Shown one piece after another: positions 9,025-19,142 of a DNA stretch of 54,801 bases. How positions within the stretch are numbered: the first letter of the stretch is position 1; each line of letters begins with the position of its first letter. The notes under the pieces were generated by a model. That model ran no database searches, was not told the origin of the DNA, and saw only the letters and a list, made by a program, of their open reading frames with translations. This DNA is from an uncultured Bacillales bacterium (GTDB taxonomy: Bacteria > Bacillota_I > Bacilli_A > RF39 > UBA660), in contig CAMVNW010000002.1 of the NCBI GenBank assembly GCA_947168965.1, forward strand, positions 1 to 54,801, given 5' to 3'. Both the position numbers and the translations under genes were made by a program.

Positions 9025-10374
9025 ATGAACGATACAATAGCTGCAATCTCAACAACAACAGGGGCAGGAGCAATATCAATAATAAGAATATCAGGACCCG
9101 AAGCAATTCAAATAACAAATAAAATCTTTAAAGAAAAAGATCTAACAAAAGTGCAATCACATACAATTCATTATGGACATATAGAATATAAGGGAAAAAT
9201 AGAAGATGAAGTATTAGTAACAATAATGAAATCCCCAAAAACATTTACAACAGAAGATGTAGTAGAAATAAATTGTCATGGAAGCATAATAGTAACAAAA
9301 AAAATATTAGAAATACTACTAACATTAGGATGTAGATTAGCAGAACCTGGAGAATTTACAAAACGTGCATTCTTAAATGGAAGAATAGATTTAATAGAAG
9401 CAGAAGGAGTAATGGATTTAATAAATTCAAAAAGTGAATCAGAAAAGAAATTAGCACTTAATCAAATAGAAGGAAAAGTATCAAATCTAATAAAAGACCT
9501 AAGACAAAAAATACTAGAAGTTTTAGCTCAAATAGAAGTAAAAATAGATTACCCTGAATACGAAGATATAGAAGAAATAACATATAGAGATTTAAAACAA
9601 AACATAGAAGAAGTAGAAACAGAAATAAAGAGAATAATAAAAGAAAGTGAAAATGGAAAAATAATAAAAGAAGGAATAAAAACTGCAATAGTAGGTAGAC
9701 CAAACGTAGGAAAAAGTAGTCTATTAAATAATCTATTACAAGAAGAAAAAGCAATCGTAACAGATATAGCTGGTACAACAAGAGATATAGTTGAAGGAAC
9801 TATAATAATTAATGGAGTAAAACTAGACTTAATAGATACAGCTGGAATCAGAAAAACAGAAGATGTAGTAGAAAGCATAGGAGTAAATAAAAGTTTAGAA
9901 ACAATAAATAAAGCAGATTTAGTATTGCTTGTATTAAATAATAATGAAGAATTAACAGAATATGATAAAGAACTCCTAAATAAAGTAAAAACAAAAAAAC
10001 ACATAATAATAATAAATAAAATAGATCTTGAAAAAAAACTAGAAGAAATAAAAGATCAAAATATAGTTGAAATAAGTGCACTTAATAACAATGGTATAGA
10101 AGAATTAAAAAATAAAATAACAGAAATGTATAATTTAGAAGAAATAGAATCAAAAGACGCAACATACTTAACAAATGCAAGAGGTATATCATTATTAAAA
10201 CAATCTGAAGAAGTAATAACAGAAGTAAAAAATGGCATACAGACACAACAACCAATAGATATGATAGAAATAGACTTAAAAAGAATATGGGAACTATTAG
10301 GAGAAATAACAGGAGAGACATATCAAGAAGAATTGATAAATCAATTATTCAGTCAATTCTGTCTAGGAAAATAA
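9025..10374 (+). CDS. mnmE: tRNA modification GTPase MnmE (TrmE/ThdF)
   Basis: 449 aa with G1 GRPNVGKSS and G3 DTAGIR, and the diagnostic C-terminal CLGK. Confidence 0.95.
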   Translation: MNDTIAAISTTTGAGAISIIRISGPEAIQITNKIFKEKDLTKVQSHTIHYGHIEYKGKIEDEVLVTIMKSPKTFTTEDVVEINCHGSIIVTKKILEILLTLGCRLAEPGEFTKRAFLNGRIDLIEAEGVMDLINSKSESEKKLALNQIEGKVSNLIKDLRQKILEVLAQIEVKIDYPEYEDIEEITYRDLKQNIEEVETEIKRIIKESENGKIIKEGIKTAIVGRPNVGKSSLLNNLLQEEKAIVTDIAGTTRDIVEGTIIINGVKLDLIDTAGIRKTEDVVESIGVNKSLETINKADLVLLVLNNNEELTEYDKELLNKVKTKKHIIIINKIDLEKKLEEIKDQNIVEISALNNNGIEELKNKITEMYNLEEIESKDATYLTNARGISLLKQSEEVITEVKNGIQTQQPIDMIEIDLKRIWELLGEITGETYQEELINQLFSQFCLGK

Positions 10375-10429
10375 AATTGCCAGATTTTTTTACATACATT
10401 TCCACAAATCCTATTTAAAAAGAAAAAAA

Positions 10430-10462
10430 GTTATAATTAAGTTATAATTATGTTATAACTAT
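10430..10462 (+). repeat. Three tandem 11-bp units, GTTATAAnTAn
   Basis: gttataattaa / gttataattat / gttataactat, head to tail, ending 21 nt before the ATG at 10484. Confidence 0.6.
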
Positions 10463-10483
10463 AATAATAAGGAGAGGAATTTT

Positions 10484-10924
10484 ATGAAATGTGAAAATTG
10501 TAGTCAGATAAACAAAGAGGATTCAATTTATTGTGAACAATGTGGAAAAAAATTACAAAATAATAAATTATTTAATGAAATAGAACAAAATGAAGAAAAA
10601 ATAAAAAAAGAGAAAAAGAGATTCGTAATATCAAGTATATTAAACTATATAGCTATATTAATTATATATGCAATAATAGGATACATCATTTATTTAAGTA
10701 AAACAGAAGACGAGTATACAGCTACCGTAGCGGCATGGTGTGCATTCTTTTTCATTCTTTTTTTCCTAATAATATCAACATACTTATTTATAACGAGCAT
10801 TGTATCGGGAATAGTAGCTTATAAAAGCAAAAAGAATAATATAATCATAATAAACTTGATAATACTAAGTTTGCTCCATTTACCATTTTTAATTATTTTA
10901 TTAAGAATAACTTTTAGAATATAA
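10484..10924 (+). CDS. Zinc-ribbon domain membrane protein, function unknown
   Basis: N-terminal CxxC...CxxC (CENCSQ...CEQCG) followed by 3-4 hydrophobic helices. Good SD GGAGAGG. Confidence 0.6.
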   Translation: MKCENCSQINKEDSIYCEQCGKKLQNNKLFNEIEQNEEKIKKEKKRFVISSILNYIAILIIYAIIGYIIYLSKTEDEYTATVAAWCAFFFILFFLIISTYLFITSIVSGIVAYKSKKNNIIIINLIILSLLHLPFLIILLRITFRI

Positions 10925-10963
10925 AAATTGAATAAATATTAAAGAATCGAAAGATTCTTTTTC

Positions 10964-10992
10964 TTGTGTAAATAAAAAATTAAGTGTATAAT
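10964..10992 (+). promoter_or_regulatory. Candidate promoter for mnmG-rsmG
   Basis: TTGTGT, 17 nt, TATAAT with an upstream TG. Preceded by the terminator hairpin AAAGAATC-gaaa-GATTCTTT at about 10941-10965. Confidence 0.45.
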
Positions 10993-11020
10993 ATATTTGC
11001 TAAAAAAGGACGTGAGAATT

Positions 11021-12895
11021 ATGGAATATGAAGTAATAGTTGTAGGTGGAGGTCATGCTGGATGTGAAGCAGCACTTGCCACATCAAGATTAGGACATAA
11101 AACACTATTAGTTACAGGAAACATAAAGAATATAGCAGATATGCCATGTAACCCATCAATAGGTGGAAGTGCAAAAGGAATAGTAGTAAGAGAAATAGAT
11201 GCATTAGGCGGAGAAATGGGAAATAATGCAGACAAGAGTCATATACAAATAAAAATGTTAAACTCATCAAAAGGACCTGCAGTAAGAGCCTTAAGAGCCC
11301 AAGCAGATAAAATAACATATCCTAAAAATATGCAGGAAACACTTAAGAATCAAGAAAATCTAGAAATAAAAGAATCATTAGTCGAAGATTTAATGACAGA
11401 AGAGGGTAGAATTACCGGAGTAATATTAGAAAATAATGAAAAAATCAAATGTAACTCAGTAATACTTACTACAGGAACATATTTAAAAGCAGACATATTA
11501 ATAGGAAGTACAAGACATAGAGAAGGACCACATGGAGAAAGACCAAGTCAACATTTAAGCGATGCATTAGATAGACTAGGATTTAAAATAATAAGATTAA
11601 AAACAGGAACACCTCAAAGAATAGATAAAAACTCAATAGATTTCACAAAAACAAGAGAAGAAAGAGGAGACGATACATTCCATACATTCAGTTATTATAA
11701 TGAACCAATGTACAAAATAGAAGACCAAGTTCCATGTCACTTAATATATACTACCCCAGAAACACATAGAATAATAAAAGAAAATTTAAATAAATCAAGT
11801 ATGTATGGTGGACTTGATGATATAAAAGGAGTAGGACCAAGATATTGTCCATCAATAGAAGATAAAATAGTAAGATTTAGTGATAAAGAAAGACATCAAC
11901 TATTCCTAGAACCAGAAAGTTTATACTATGATGATATATACCTACAAGGATTTTCAACAAGTATGCCACATGATATACAAGAAAAAATGGTACATAGTTT
12001 ACCAGGATTAGAAAATGCTAAAATATTAAAATATGCATACGCAATAGAATATGATGCAATAGACGCAAAAGACTTAAAACAAACACTAGAAACAAAAATA
12101 ATAGAAAATCTATATACAGCAGGACAAATTAATGGTACAAGTGGATATGAAGAAGCAGCTTGTCAAGGATTAATAGCAGGAATTAATGCAGCACTTAAAC
12201 TAGAAAATAGAGAACCATTAATATTAAAAAGAAATGAAGCATATATTGGAGTGTTAATAGATGACTTAGTAACAAAAGGAGTAAGAGATCCATATAGATT
12301 ACTAACATCACGTGCAGAATATAGATTATTATTAAGACACGATAATGCAGACTTAAGACTATCAGAATATGGACATAAAATAGGATTAATAAATGAAGAA
12401 AAATATAATAAGTTACAAAATAAAAAACAACAAATAGAAGAATTAAAAGAACTATTAAAAACAAATAAAATAACTCCAACAAAAGAAACAAATGAATTTT
12501 TGAGTAGTATTAATTCAGCACAAATAAAAGATGGATTATCTCTATATGACTTATTAAGAAGACCAGAAGTAACAATGGATACATTAAAACACTTTATAGA
12601 AATTCCATATAATGATTTAGTAAAAGAACAAGTAGAAATTAGCATAAAATATGAAGGATATATAACAAAAGCAAATAAAGAAGCAGAAAAAATGATTAAT
12701 CTAGAAAATAAAAAAATCCCAGAAGATATTGATTATGATAAAATACATAATCTAGCAAGCGAAGCTAAACAAAAATTAAAAGAAGTAAGACCAACATCTA
12801 TTGGACAAGCAATAAGAATAAGTGGAGTAAATCCAGCAGATATATCAATAATAATGATATACCTAAAAAAGGAGTATAACCATGAATTTAAATGA
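11021..12895 (+). CDS. mnmG: tRNA uridine 5-carboxymethylaminomethyl modification enzyme MnmG (GidA)
   Basis: FAD motif VIVVGGGHAGCEAA directly after the ATG at 11021. The track start at 10997 is a TTG with no SD. Confidence 0.95.
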   Translation: MEYEVIVVGGGHAGCEAALATSRLGHKTLLVTGNIKNIADMPCNPSIGGSAKGIVVREIDALGGEMGNNADKSHIQIKMLNSSKGPAVRALRAQADKITYPKNMQETLKNQENLEIKESLVEDLMTEEGRITGVILENNEKIKCNSVILTTGTYLKADILIGSTRHREGPHGERPSQHLSDALDRLGFKIIRLKTGTPQRIDKNSIDFTKTREERGDDTFHTFSYYNEPMYKIEDQVPCHLIYTTPETHRIIKENLNKSSMYGGLDDIKGVGPRYCPSIEDKIVRFSDKERHQLFLEPESLYYDDIYLQGFSTSMPHDIQEKMVHSLPGLENAKILKYAYAIEYDAIDAKDLKQTLETKIIENLYTAGQINGTSGYEEAACQGLIAGINAALKLENREPLILKRNEAYIGVLIDDLVTKGVRDPYRLLTSRAEYRLLLRHDNADLRLSEYGHKIGLINEEKYNKLQNKKQQIEELKELLKTNKITPTKETNEFLSSINSAQIKDGLSLYDLLRRPEVTMDTLKHFIEIPYNDLVKEQVEISIKYEGYITKANKEAEKMINLENKKIPEDIDYDKIHNLASEAKQKLKEVRPTSIGQAIRISGVNPADISIIMIYLKKEYNHEFK

Positions 12896-13586
12896 TTTTG
12901 TTAGCGAATTAAAAAAAATAAATATAGAAATAACAGAAACACAACAAGAACAATTAAATAAATACTATGAATTATTAGTAGAATATAACAAAGTAATGAA
13001 TTTAACCGGTATAACTGAAAAAGAACAAGTATATCTAAAACATTTTTATGATTCATTAACGTTAATAAAAGTAATAGATCCAACAACTGAAGAAACATTA
13101 TGTGATGTAGGAACAGGAGCGGGATTTCCAGGATTAGTAATAAAAATAGTATTTCCTAATTTAAAAGTTACACTAGTTGATTCATTAAATAAGAGAATAG
13201 AGTTTTTAAAAACAGTAATAAGAGAATTAAATCTAAAAGATATAGAAGCAATACATGAAAGAGCAGAAGATTTTGCAAAAGAAAATAGAGAAAAATATGA
13301 TATAGTAACATCTCGTGCAGTCGCACCACTAAACATTTTACTTGAGTATAATATTCCACTTTTAAAAGAACAAAAATACTTTATTGCGTATAAAGGAAAT
13401 ATTTCCCAAGAACTAGAAGAAAGTAAAAAAGCATTAAAAGAATTAAGTTCTACTATAGAAAAAATAGAAGAATTTAAACTACCAAAAGAAGAAAGTAATA
13501 GAACTCTAATATTAATAAAAAAGGAAAAACAAACAAATAAAAAATATCCTAGAAAAAACGCAGAAATAAAAAAGAAACCACTTTAA
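12882..13586 (+). CDS. rsmG: 16S rRNA (guanine527-N7)-methyltransferase RsmG (GidB)
   Basis: SAM motif DVGTGAGFPG. Overlaps the mnmG end. Conserved mnmG-rsmG pairing. Confidence 0.9.
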   Translation: MNLNDFVSELKKINIEITETQQEQLNKYYELLVEYNKVMNLTGITEKEQVYLKHFYDSLTLIKVIDPTTEETLCDVGTGAGFPGLVIKIVFPNLKVTLVDSLNKRIEFLKTVIRELNLKDIEAIHERAEDFAKENREKYDIVTSRAVAPLNILLEYNIPLLKEQKYFIAYKGNISQELEESKKALKELSSTIEKIEEFKLPKEESNRTLILIKKEKQTNKKYPRKNAEIKKKPL

Positions 13587-13615
13587 ATTATTTGAATAAA
13601 ATCAAATAATTTTTT

Positions 13616-13659
13616 TATTTCCCAAAACACTTGAACTATTTCCCAAAATATAGTATTAT
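13616..13659 (+). promoter_or_regulatory. Candidate noc promoter bracketed by two direct TATTTCCCAAAA repeats
   Basis: 12-mers at 13616-13627 and 13637-13648, 21 bp apart. TTGAAC (13631-13636), 17 nt, TATTAT (13654-13659). Confidence 0.4.
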
Positions 13660-13692
13660 ATAATTATAAAAGAATAAAGAAGGGATTTTATT

Positions 13693-15024
13693 ATGGAAAC
13701 AAGTAGAAAAAAAGTAGTAGATTTAAATATAGAAGATGTATTGCCAAATAGATTTCAACCGAGAATAAAATTTAATGAATCTGCAATAGAAGAATTATCA
13801 AAATCAATAAAAGAACACGGTGTAATACAACCAATAGTAGTAAGACCAATAGGAGATAAATTTGAAATAATAGCAGGTGAAAGAAGATACAAAGCATCAC
13901 TACTAGCAGGAAAAACAACAATACCAGCAATTATAACAGACTTAAATGATAAAGATAGTGCTGAAGTTGCATTAATAGAAAACGTTCAAAGAGAAAACTT
14001 AACTCCTATAGAAGAGGCAATATCATATAAAAAAATACTAGACATGGGATATATCACACAAGATGCACTTGCTTCTAAATTAGGAAAGACACAATCAACA
14101 GTTGCAAACAAATTAAGACTTCTTAACCTAGACGATGAAGTACAAGAAGCATTATTAAATGAAAGAATATCTGAAAGACATGCAAGATCTTTACTAAAAA
14201 TTCAAGATAAACAAAAGCAAAGAGAAATGTTAAATAAAATAATAGCAGAAAGATTAACTGTAAGAAGAGCAGATGAAGAAATAGAAAAATTATTAAACGG
14301 TGAAAAAATGAATGAAATAAAAACAGAAATACAAGAAGAAAAAGCAGACGAACCAACAACACAAAATGAAACAAATAGAATGAAATTTATAAACGTACCT
14401 CTAATGGAAGAAGAAAATAAAGAAATGGAAAACGTATCAGATGATGAACCAACATTTGAAGATGATAATGAAATAGAAGAACAAGATAATTTAAAACCAG
14501 GAAAATTCTTCAATATATTAAATGAAGAAAAAGAAGAATCAAAACCAGAAGAACAAATCTTTGATTTTAATAAAATGTTCATGAATCCAGTAGAAGAACA
14601 AACTCCAATCAACAGCAATAATGCTTTATTAGAAGAGTTAAATGAAATTGAAAATAGTATTAATAACAGCAAGAATATAACTCCAATAGAACAAAAACCA
14701 CAAGAGCCAGAAGAAGACTTAGAATTTATTGAAGAAGATGATTTCGAAGAAGAATCAGAAGAAAATGAACCCCCAAAATTTATAAATATACAAGAAAATG
14801 AACAAAAAGAAAATATAGAAGAAAAAATAGAAACAGAACAAAAAAATGAGCAAGTACAAGAAGAAAAAATTGTAGTACCTCAACCAAAAATAAATAATTT
14901 CAAAGATGTTTTACAATTGATAAGAGATTGTTCAGAAAAAATAGAGGATGCAGGATTTGTAATTGATACAGAAGAATATGATCTAGAAGGAATGTATCAA
15001 GTAGTGTTTAAAATTAATAAATAA
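13693..15024 (+). CDS. noc: Noc-type ParB family protein with a long acidic insertion
   Basis: ParB box GERRYKA. HTH QSTVANKLRLLNL, ISERHARSLL, and a C-terminus IRDCSEKIEDAGFVIDTEEYDLEGMYQVVFKINK, which resemble B. subtilis Noc rather than Spo0J. Sits after rsmG. About 190 E/N/K-rich residues are inserted at roughly aa 205-395. Confidence 0.7.
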   Translation: METSRKKVVDLNIEDVLPNRFQPRIKFNESAIEELSKSIKEHGVIQPIVVRPIGDKFEIIAGERRYKASLLAGKTTIPAIITDLNDKDSAEVALIENVQRENLTPIEEAISYKKILDMGYITQDALASKLGKTQSTVANKLRLLNLDDEVQEALLNERISERHARSLLKIQDKQKQREMLNKIIAERLTVRRADEEIEKLLNGEKMNEIKTEIQEEKADEPTTQNETNRMKFINVPLMEEENKEMENVSDDEPTFEDDNEIEEQDNLKPGKFFNILNEEKEESKPEEQIFDFNKMFMNPVEEQTPINSNNALLEELNEIENSINNSKNITPIEQKPQEPEEDLEFIEEDDFEEESEENEPPKFINIQENEQKENIEEKIETEQKNEQVQEEKIVVPQPKINNFKDVLQLIRDCSEKIEDAGFVIDTEEYDLEGMYQVVFKINK

Positions 15025-15049
15025 TGGATTAACAGTCCATTATTTTTTT
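15021..15049 (+). terminator. Rho-independent terminator after noc
   Basis: ATAATGGA-ttaacag-TCCATTAT followed by TTTTTT. Overlaps the stop codon. Confidence 0.6.
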
Positions 15050-15067
15050 AACTCTACGATTAGTCGG

Positions 15068-15096
15068 TTTACAAAAAAATAAAACTATTTTATACT
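15068..15096 (+). promoter_or_regulatory. Candidate sigma-A promoter
   Basis: TTTACA, 17 nt, TATACT, upstream of the XRE-family gene. Confidence 0.45.
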
Positions 15097-15118
15097 AAAT
15101 AACAGAATAGGAGGAAAT

Positions 15119-16033
15119 ATGAACTACGAAACAATAGGAAAATTTATACAAGAAAAAAGAAAAGAAAAAAATTTAACACAAAAAGAATTAGCTTATAAGT
15201 TAGGAGTAACAGATAAGGCAGTATCAAAATGGGAAAGAGGACAAGGATGCCCCGATGTATCAATATTAGAAGTACTTTCTAAAGAATTAGGAGTATCAAT
15301 ATTAGAAATATTAAAAGGAAGAATAATAGAAAATGAAATCATAAAAGTAACAGAAGCAAATGATTATATACAAGAAACAATAAAATATACAAAAAACAAC
15401 ATCAAAGAAACAATAAACAAAATAATAACTTTTATAATAATATCAATTACATTATTACTATTAATTCTAAATATAGAAAATATTATAAATCTAAATAAAA
15501 AATATACATATAATTTTGATCCAGAAATGTATCAAACAATAAAAACAAATGCAAACAAAATTGAAAAAAACACAGAAATTATATTAAAAAATCAAGGAAT
15601 ATATTCAAAAGAAGATTATGACATAATATGTGAAATATTAAATGATAATTTAAAATCAATAAAGAATGAAAGAATTATAAAAGAAACAGTATTAAAAGAA
15701 TACACAAGAAATGAAATATATATGCAAGATATGGACCAAGTAATAAATAATATTCAAATGATTGAATTAGCTAGAATAATAGGAAAATATAATAATGATG
15801 AAACATACACACAATCATTAATGGATAATATTTATATGAAATTACTTGCAGGAATAGATACTGATTTCATCACATCATATAAATATAAACTAATGAATTT
15901 AACATTAGAAGATTATAATCTTTTATTCTATAATGATATTCTATACCTAAGAACAATAAAAATAAAAACTTCGATAAGCACATATTTATACTTAACAGAA
16001 CAAATCAAAAAAGTAGGTGAAATAAATGAGTAA
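15119..16033 (+). CDS. Membrane-anchored XRE-family HTH protein
   Basis: N-terminal HTH_3 (LTQKELAYKLGVTDKAVSKWERG), one TM helix (IITFIIISITLLLLIL), then an extracytoplasmic domain of about 190 aa. Confidence 0.7.
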   Translation: MNYETIGKFIQEKRKEKNLTQKELAYKLGVTDKAVSKWERGQGCPDVSILEVLSKELGVSILEILKGRIIENEIIKVTEANDYIQETIKYTKNNIKETINKIITFIIISITLLLLILNIENIINLNKKYTYNFDPEMYQTIKTNANKIEKNTEIILKNQGIYSKEDYDIICEILNDNLKSIKNERIIKETVLKEYTRNEIYMQDMDQVINNIQMIELARIIGKYNNDETYTQSLMDNIYMKLLAGIDTDFITSYKYKLMNLTLEDYNLLFYNDILYLRTIKIKTSISTYLYLTEQIKKVGEINE

Positions 16034-16694
16034 AATTATAAGATATATACTAACATTGATATTAACAACTTTAATAACTATATATACAATTAAAAATGAT
16101 ATAACAGGACAAAGTTACTTTATGTTTTTATCAATTTATCTTCTATATATAATACTAACTATAAAAGATATAATTAAAAAGAATAAAATCAATGAAAATA
16201 AAAAATACAATCTACTGCAAATTATCTCACTATTAATAATGATATTTATATTTTTAAGAACACTATACGATCCATCGTTTTTAATAAATTCATCAAAATA
16301 TACAAGTAAATTAAAAGAATTAGGTGAAGATTTTTTAGAAGAGGCACAAGAACAAACTATTCTTTATCTACTACAAAACATACCTTATTTTATAGGATTA
16401 CTAATACTATCACTAATATATAGAAAAATAAATATGGAACATCAAGAATCAAAATACAATACAATAACTCTAACAACATTACTATTAAGTATAATATCAA
16501 TAATACCCACAATAAACTGCTTTACAGGAGACATAAATCCATATAAATATTTAATATTCACATTAATAATACTAGGAATAGAAATATTTTTTCTAATAAA
16601 AGATAACAATAAAAAAAGAGAATGGCCAATATATGTAAGCTGGTTATTTAATCTCTTCGCACTAATATCAATAATAGTAAATATATTAAAATAA
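16026..16694 (+). CDS. Polytopic membrane protein, function unknown
   Basis: About 6 hydrophobic helices. ATG overlaps the upstream stop by 8 nt (translational coupling). Confidence 0.5.
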   Translation: MSKIIRYILTLILTTLITIYTIKNDITGQSYFMFLSIYLLYIILTIKDIIKKNKINENKKYNLLQIISLLIMIFIFLRTLYDPSFLINSSKYTSKLKELGEDFLEEAQEQTILYLLQNIPYFIGLLILSLIYRKINMEHQESKYNTITLTTLLLSIISIIPTINCFTGDINPYKYLIFTLIILGIEIFFLIKDNNKKREWPIYVSWLFNLFALISIIVNILK

Positions 16695-16719
16695 ACAAGG
16701 AATACTACTCCTTGTTTTA
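16695..16719 (+). terminator. Rho-independent terminator
   Basis: ACAAGGA-atactac-TCCTTGT followed by TTTAT. Confidence 0.5.
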
Positions 16720-16767
16720 TATTGTTAAAAATGATAAAATATTACCATCAAAGAAAGGAGAAGTCTT

Positions 16768-18711
16768 ATGTTTGAATTAGTGTCAAAATATCAACCATCA
16801 GGAGATCAGCCAGAAGCAATCAAAGCGTTAGTAAACGGAATAAAAGAAGGAAAAAAGCATCAAGTATTATTAGGAGCAACAGGAACAGGAAAAACATTTA
16901 CAGTAGCTAATGTAATAAAAGAAATTAATAAACCAACATTAGTACTCGCACACAATAAAACATTAGCAGGACAACTTTATGCAGAACTAAAAGAACTATT
17001 CCCAAATAATCATGTAGAATACTTTGTATCATACTATGATTACTACCAACCAGAAGCATACGTACCATCATCAGATACATACATAGAAAAAGATGCCGCA
17101 ATAAACGATGAAATAGACGAACTAAGACACTCCGCAACAGCAGCACTACTAAACTATAACGACGTAATAGTAGTAGCGAGCGTATCATGTATATATGGAA
17201 TTGGAGAAATAGAAGAATACAAAAATAAGACACTTACACTAACAGTAGATCAAGAAATAAATAGAGATGAAGTATTAGAAAAATTAGTAAGTATGCTATA
17301 TGAGAGAAACAATATAGACTTAAAAAGAGGATCATTTAGAGTAAGAGGAGATATATTAGAAATAGTACCAGTAAGTCAACATGGAAAAGCGCTAAGAATA
17401 GACTTTTTTGGAGACACAATAGATAGAATATGTGAATTTGACACACTAACAGGAGTTATCACACAAAATAAAAAAACAATAACAATATTTCCAGCATCAC
17501 ACTTTGTAACAAGTGAAGAAAAATTAAAAATCGCAATAAAAAACATAAAAAAAGAACTAGAAGAAAGACTAGAATTTTTCAAACAAAATAATAAATTAAT
17601 AGAATACCAAAGACTACAAGAAAGAACAAACTATGATATGGAAATGTTAGAAGAAACTGGATTTTGTAGAGGAGTAGAAAACTACTCAAGACCACTTGCT
17701 TTAAAAGAACCAGGTGCAACACCAACAACACTAATAGATTTTTTCAAAAAAGATTTCCTACTGATAATTGATGAATCACACGTAACAGTTCCACAAGTAA
17801 GAGGAATGTATAACGGAGATAGAGCTAGAAAACAATCCTTAGTAGACTATGGGTTTAGACTTCCAAGTGCACTAGATAATAGACCATTGAAATTTAATGA
17901 ATTCGAAGAAAAATTAGATAAAATAATATATGTTTCAGCTACTCCAGGAGACTATGAACTAGAAAAAAATCCAAACTTTATAGAACAAATAATAAGACCA
18001 ACAGGATTACTTGATCCTGAAATAGAAGTAGTGCCAACTAAAAATCAAATTGATCATCTAATTGAACAAATAAATAAAAGAATATCACAAGGAGAAAGAA
18101 CATTAGTAACAACACTAACAATAAGAATGGCAGAAGAATTAACAACATATTTAAAAAAATTAGATATGAAAGTCGCATACCTACACAGTGAGGTTAAAAC
18201 ACTAGAAAGATTAAAAATAATAAGAGACCTAAGAATGGGTAAATATGACGTATTAGTCGGCATAAACTTATTAAGAGAAGGATTAGATATACCAGAAGTA
18301 TCACTAGTCGCAATAATGGATGCAGATAAACAAGGATTCCTAAGAAGTGAAAGAAGTTTAATTCAAACAATAGGAAGAGCAGCTAGAAATGCGAATGGCC
18401 ATGTAATAATGTATGCAGACATAATTAGTGAATCAATGGAAAAAGCAATAGAAGAAACAGAAAGAAGAAGAAGTATTCAACAAAAATATAATGAAGAACA
18501 CAATATTATCCCTAAAACAATAATTAAAGAAATAAGAGAAGTCGTATCAAATACAAACGAAACAGAAGAAAAAGAAATTAAAATGTCAAAGACAGATAAA
18601 AAACAACTTATGATAAAAGTAGAAAAAGAAATGAGAGAAGCAGCAAAAAACATGGACTTCGAAAGAGCAATGGAACTAAGAGATATATTATTCGAATTAC
18701 AATCAGAATAG
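16768..18711 (+). CDS. uvrB: Excinuclease ABC subunit B
   Basis: 647 aa with Walker [13 protein letters not shown] box IIDESHVT, and a C-terminal UVR motif ([10 protein letters not shown]). Confidence 0.95.
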   Translation: MFELVSKYQPSGDQPEAIKALVNGIKEGKKHQVLLGATGTGKTFTVANVIKEINKPTLVLAHNKTLAGQLYAELKELFPNNHVEYFVSYYDYYQPEAYVPSSDTYIEKDAAINDEIDELRHSATAALLNYNDVIVVASVSCIYGIGEIEEYKNKTLTLTVDQEINRDEVLEKLVSMLYERNNIDLKRGSFRVRGDILEIVPVSQHGKALRIDFFGDTIDRICEFDTLTGVITQNKKTITIFPASHFVTSEEKLKIAIKNIKKELEERLEFFKQNNKLIEYQRLQERTNYDMEMLEETGFCRGVENYSRPLALKEPGATPTTLIDFFKKDFLLIIDESHVTVPQVRGMYNGDRARKQSLVDYGFRLPSALDNRPLKFNEFEEKLDKIIYVSATPGDYELEKNPNFIEQIIRPTGLLDPEIEVVPTKNQIDHLIEQINKRISQGERTLVTTLTIRMAEELTTYLKKLDMKVAYLHSEVKTLERLKIIRDLRMGKYDVLVGINLLREGLDIPEVSLVAIMDADKQGFLRSERSLIQTIGRAARNANGHVIMYADIISESMEKAIEETERRRSIQQKYNEEHNIIPKTIIKEIREVVSNTNETEEKEIKMSKTDKKQLMIKVEKEMREAAKNMDFERAMELRDILFELQSE

Positions 18712-18719
18712 GAGAATAT

Positions 18720-19142
18720 ATGAAAATAATAATAAAAGAAAAGGAAAAAATTAGACTTAACAAATTCATAGAATGGCTAATATATATGATAGGCTATTCA
18801 TTAGTACTAATAACAGTCTCAATAATATTTAAAAATACACTATATATAGATAACAGTTACTTTGGTATATGGAGTTTAATAGCCAACATAATAATATATA
18901 TATTAAATAAAACAATAAAGCCACTAATAGTATGGCTAACAATTCCAATCACAGCATTAACACTAGGACTATTCTATCCATTCATAAACGTATTAATATT
19001 AAATATAGTTTCTTGGATACTAGGACCACACTTTGAAATACCAGGTGGAATAATAATGACATTTATAATAGCGGTCCTAATATCATTAATGAATCTAATA
19101 ATGAAAAATATTATAAAAAAAATATTAGAAGGTGTTAAATAA
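18720..19142 (+). CDS. Phage-holin-family-4 / YvlD-like small membrane protein
   Basis: 140 aa with four TM segments. The pattern resembles the PF04020 family. Not accompanied by any phage genes. Confidence 0.55.
   Translation: MKIIIKEKEKIRLNKFIEWLIYMIGYSLVLITVSIIFKNTLYIDNSYFGIWSLIANIIIYILNKTIKPLIVWLTIPITALTLGLFYPFINVLILNIVSWILGPHFEIPGGIIMTFIIAVLISLMNLIMKNIIKKILEGVK

Noticed and set aside
14280-14900. GAA/GAAGAA-rich stretch in noc, considered as a possible tandem DNA repeat or hypervariable region
   Set aside because: I could find no exact repeat unit. It is low-complexity acidic coding sequence in a continuous reading frame.
18720-19142. Phage-holin-family-4-like gene, considered as a prophage marker
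   Set aside because: The family includes chromosomal YvlD-type proteins. The gene sits between uvrB and lgt with no endolysin, terminase or other phage genes.
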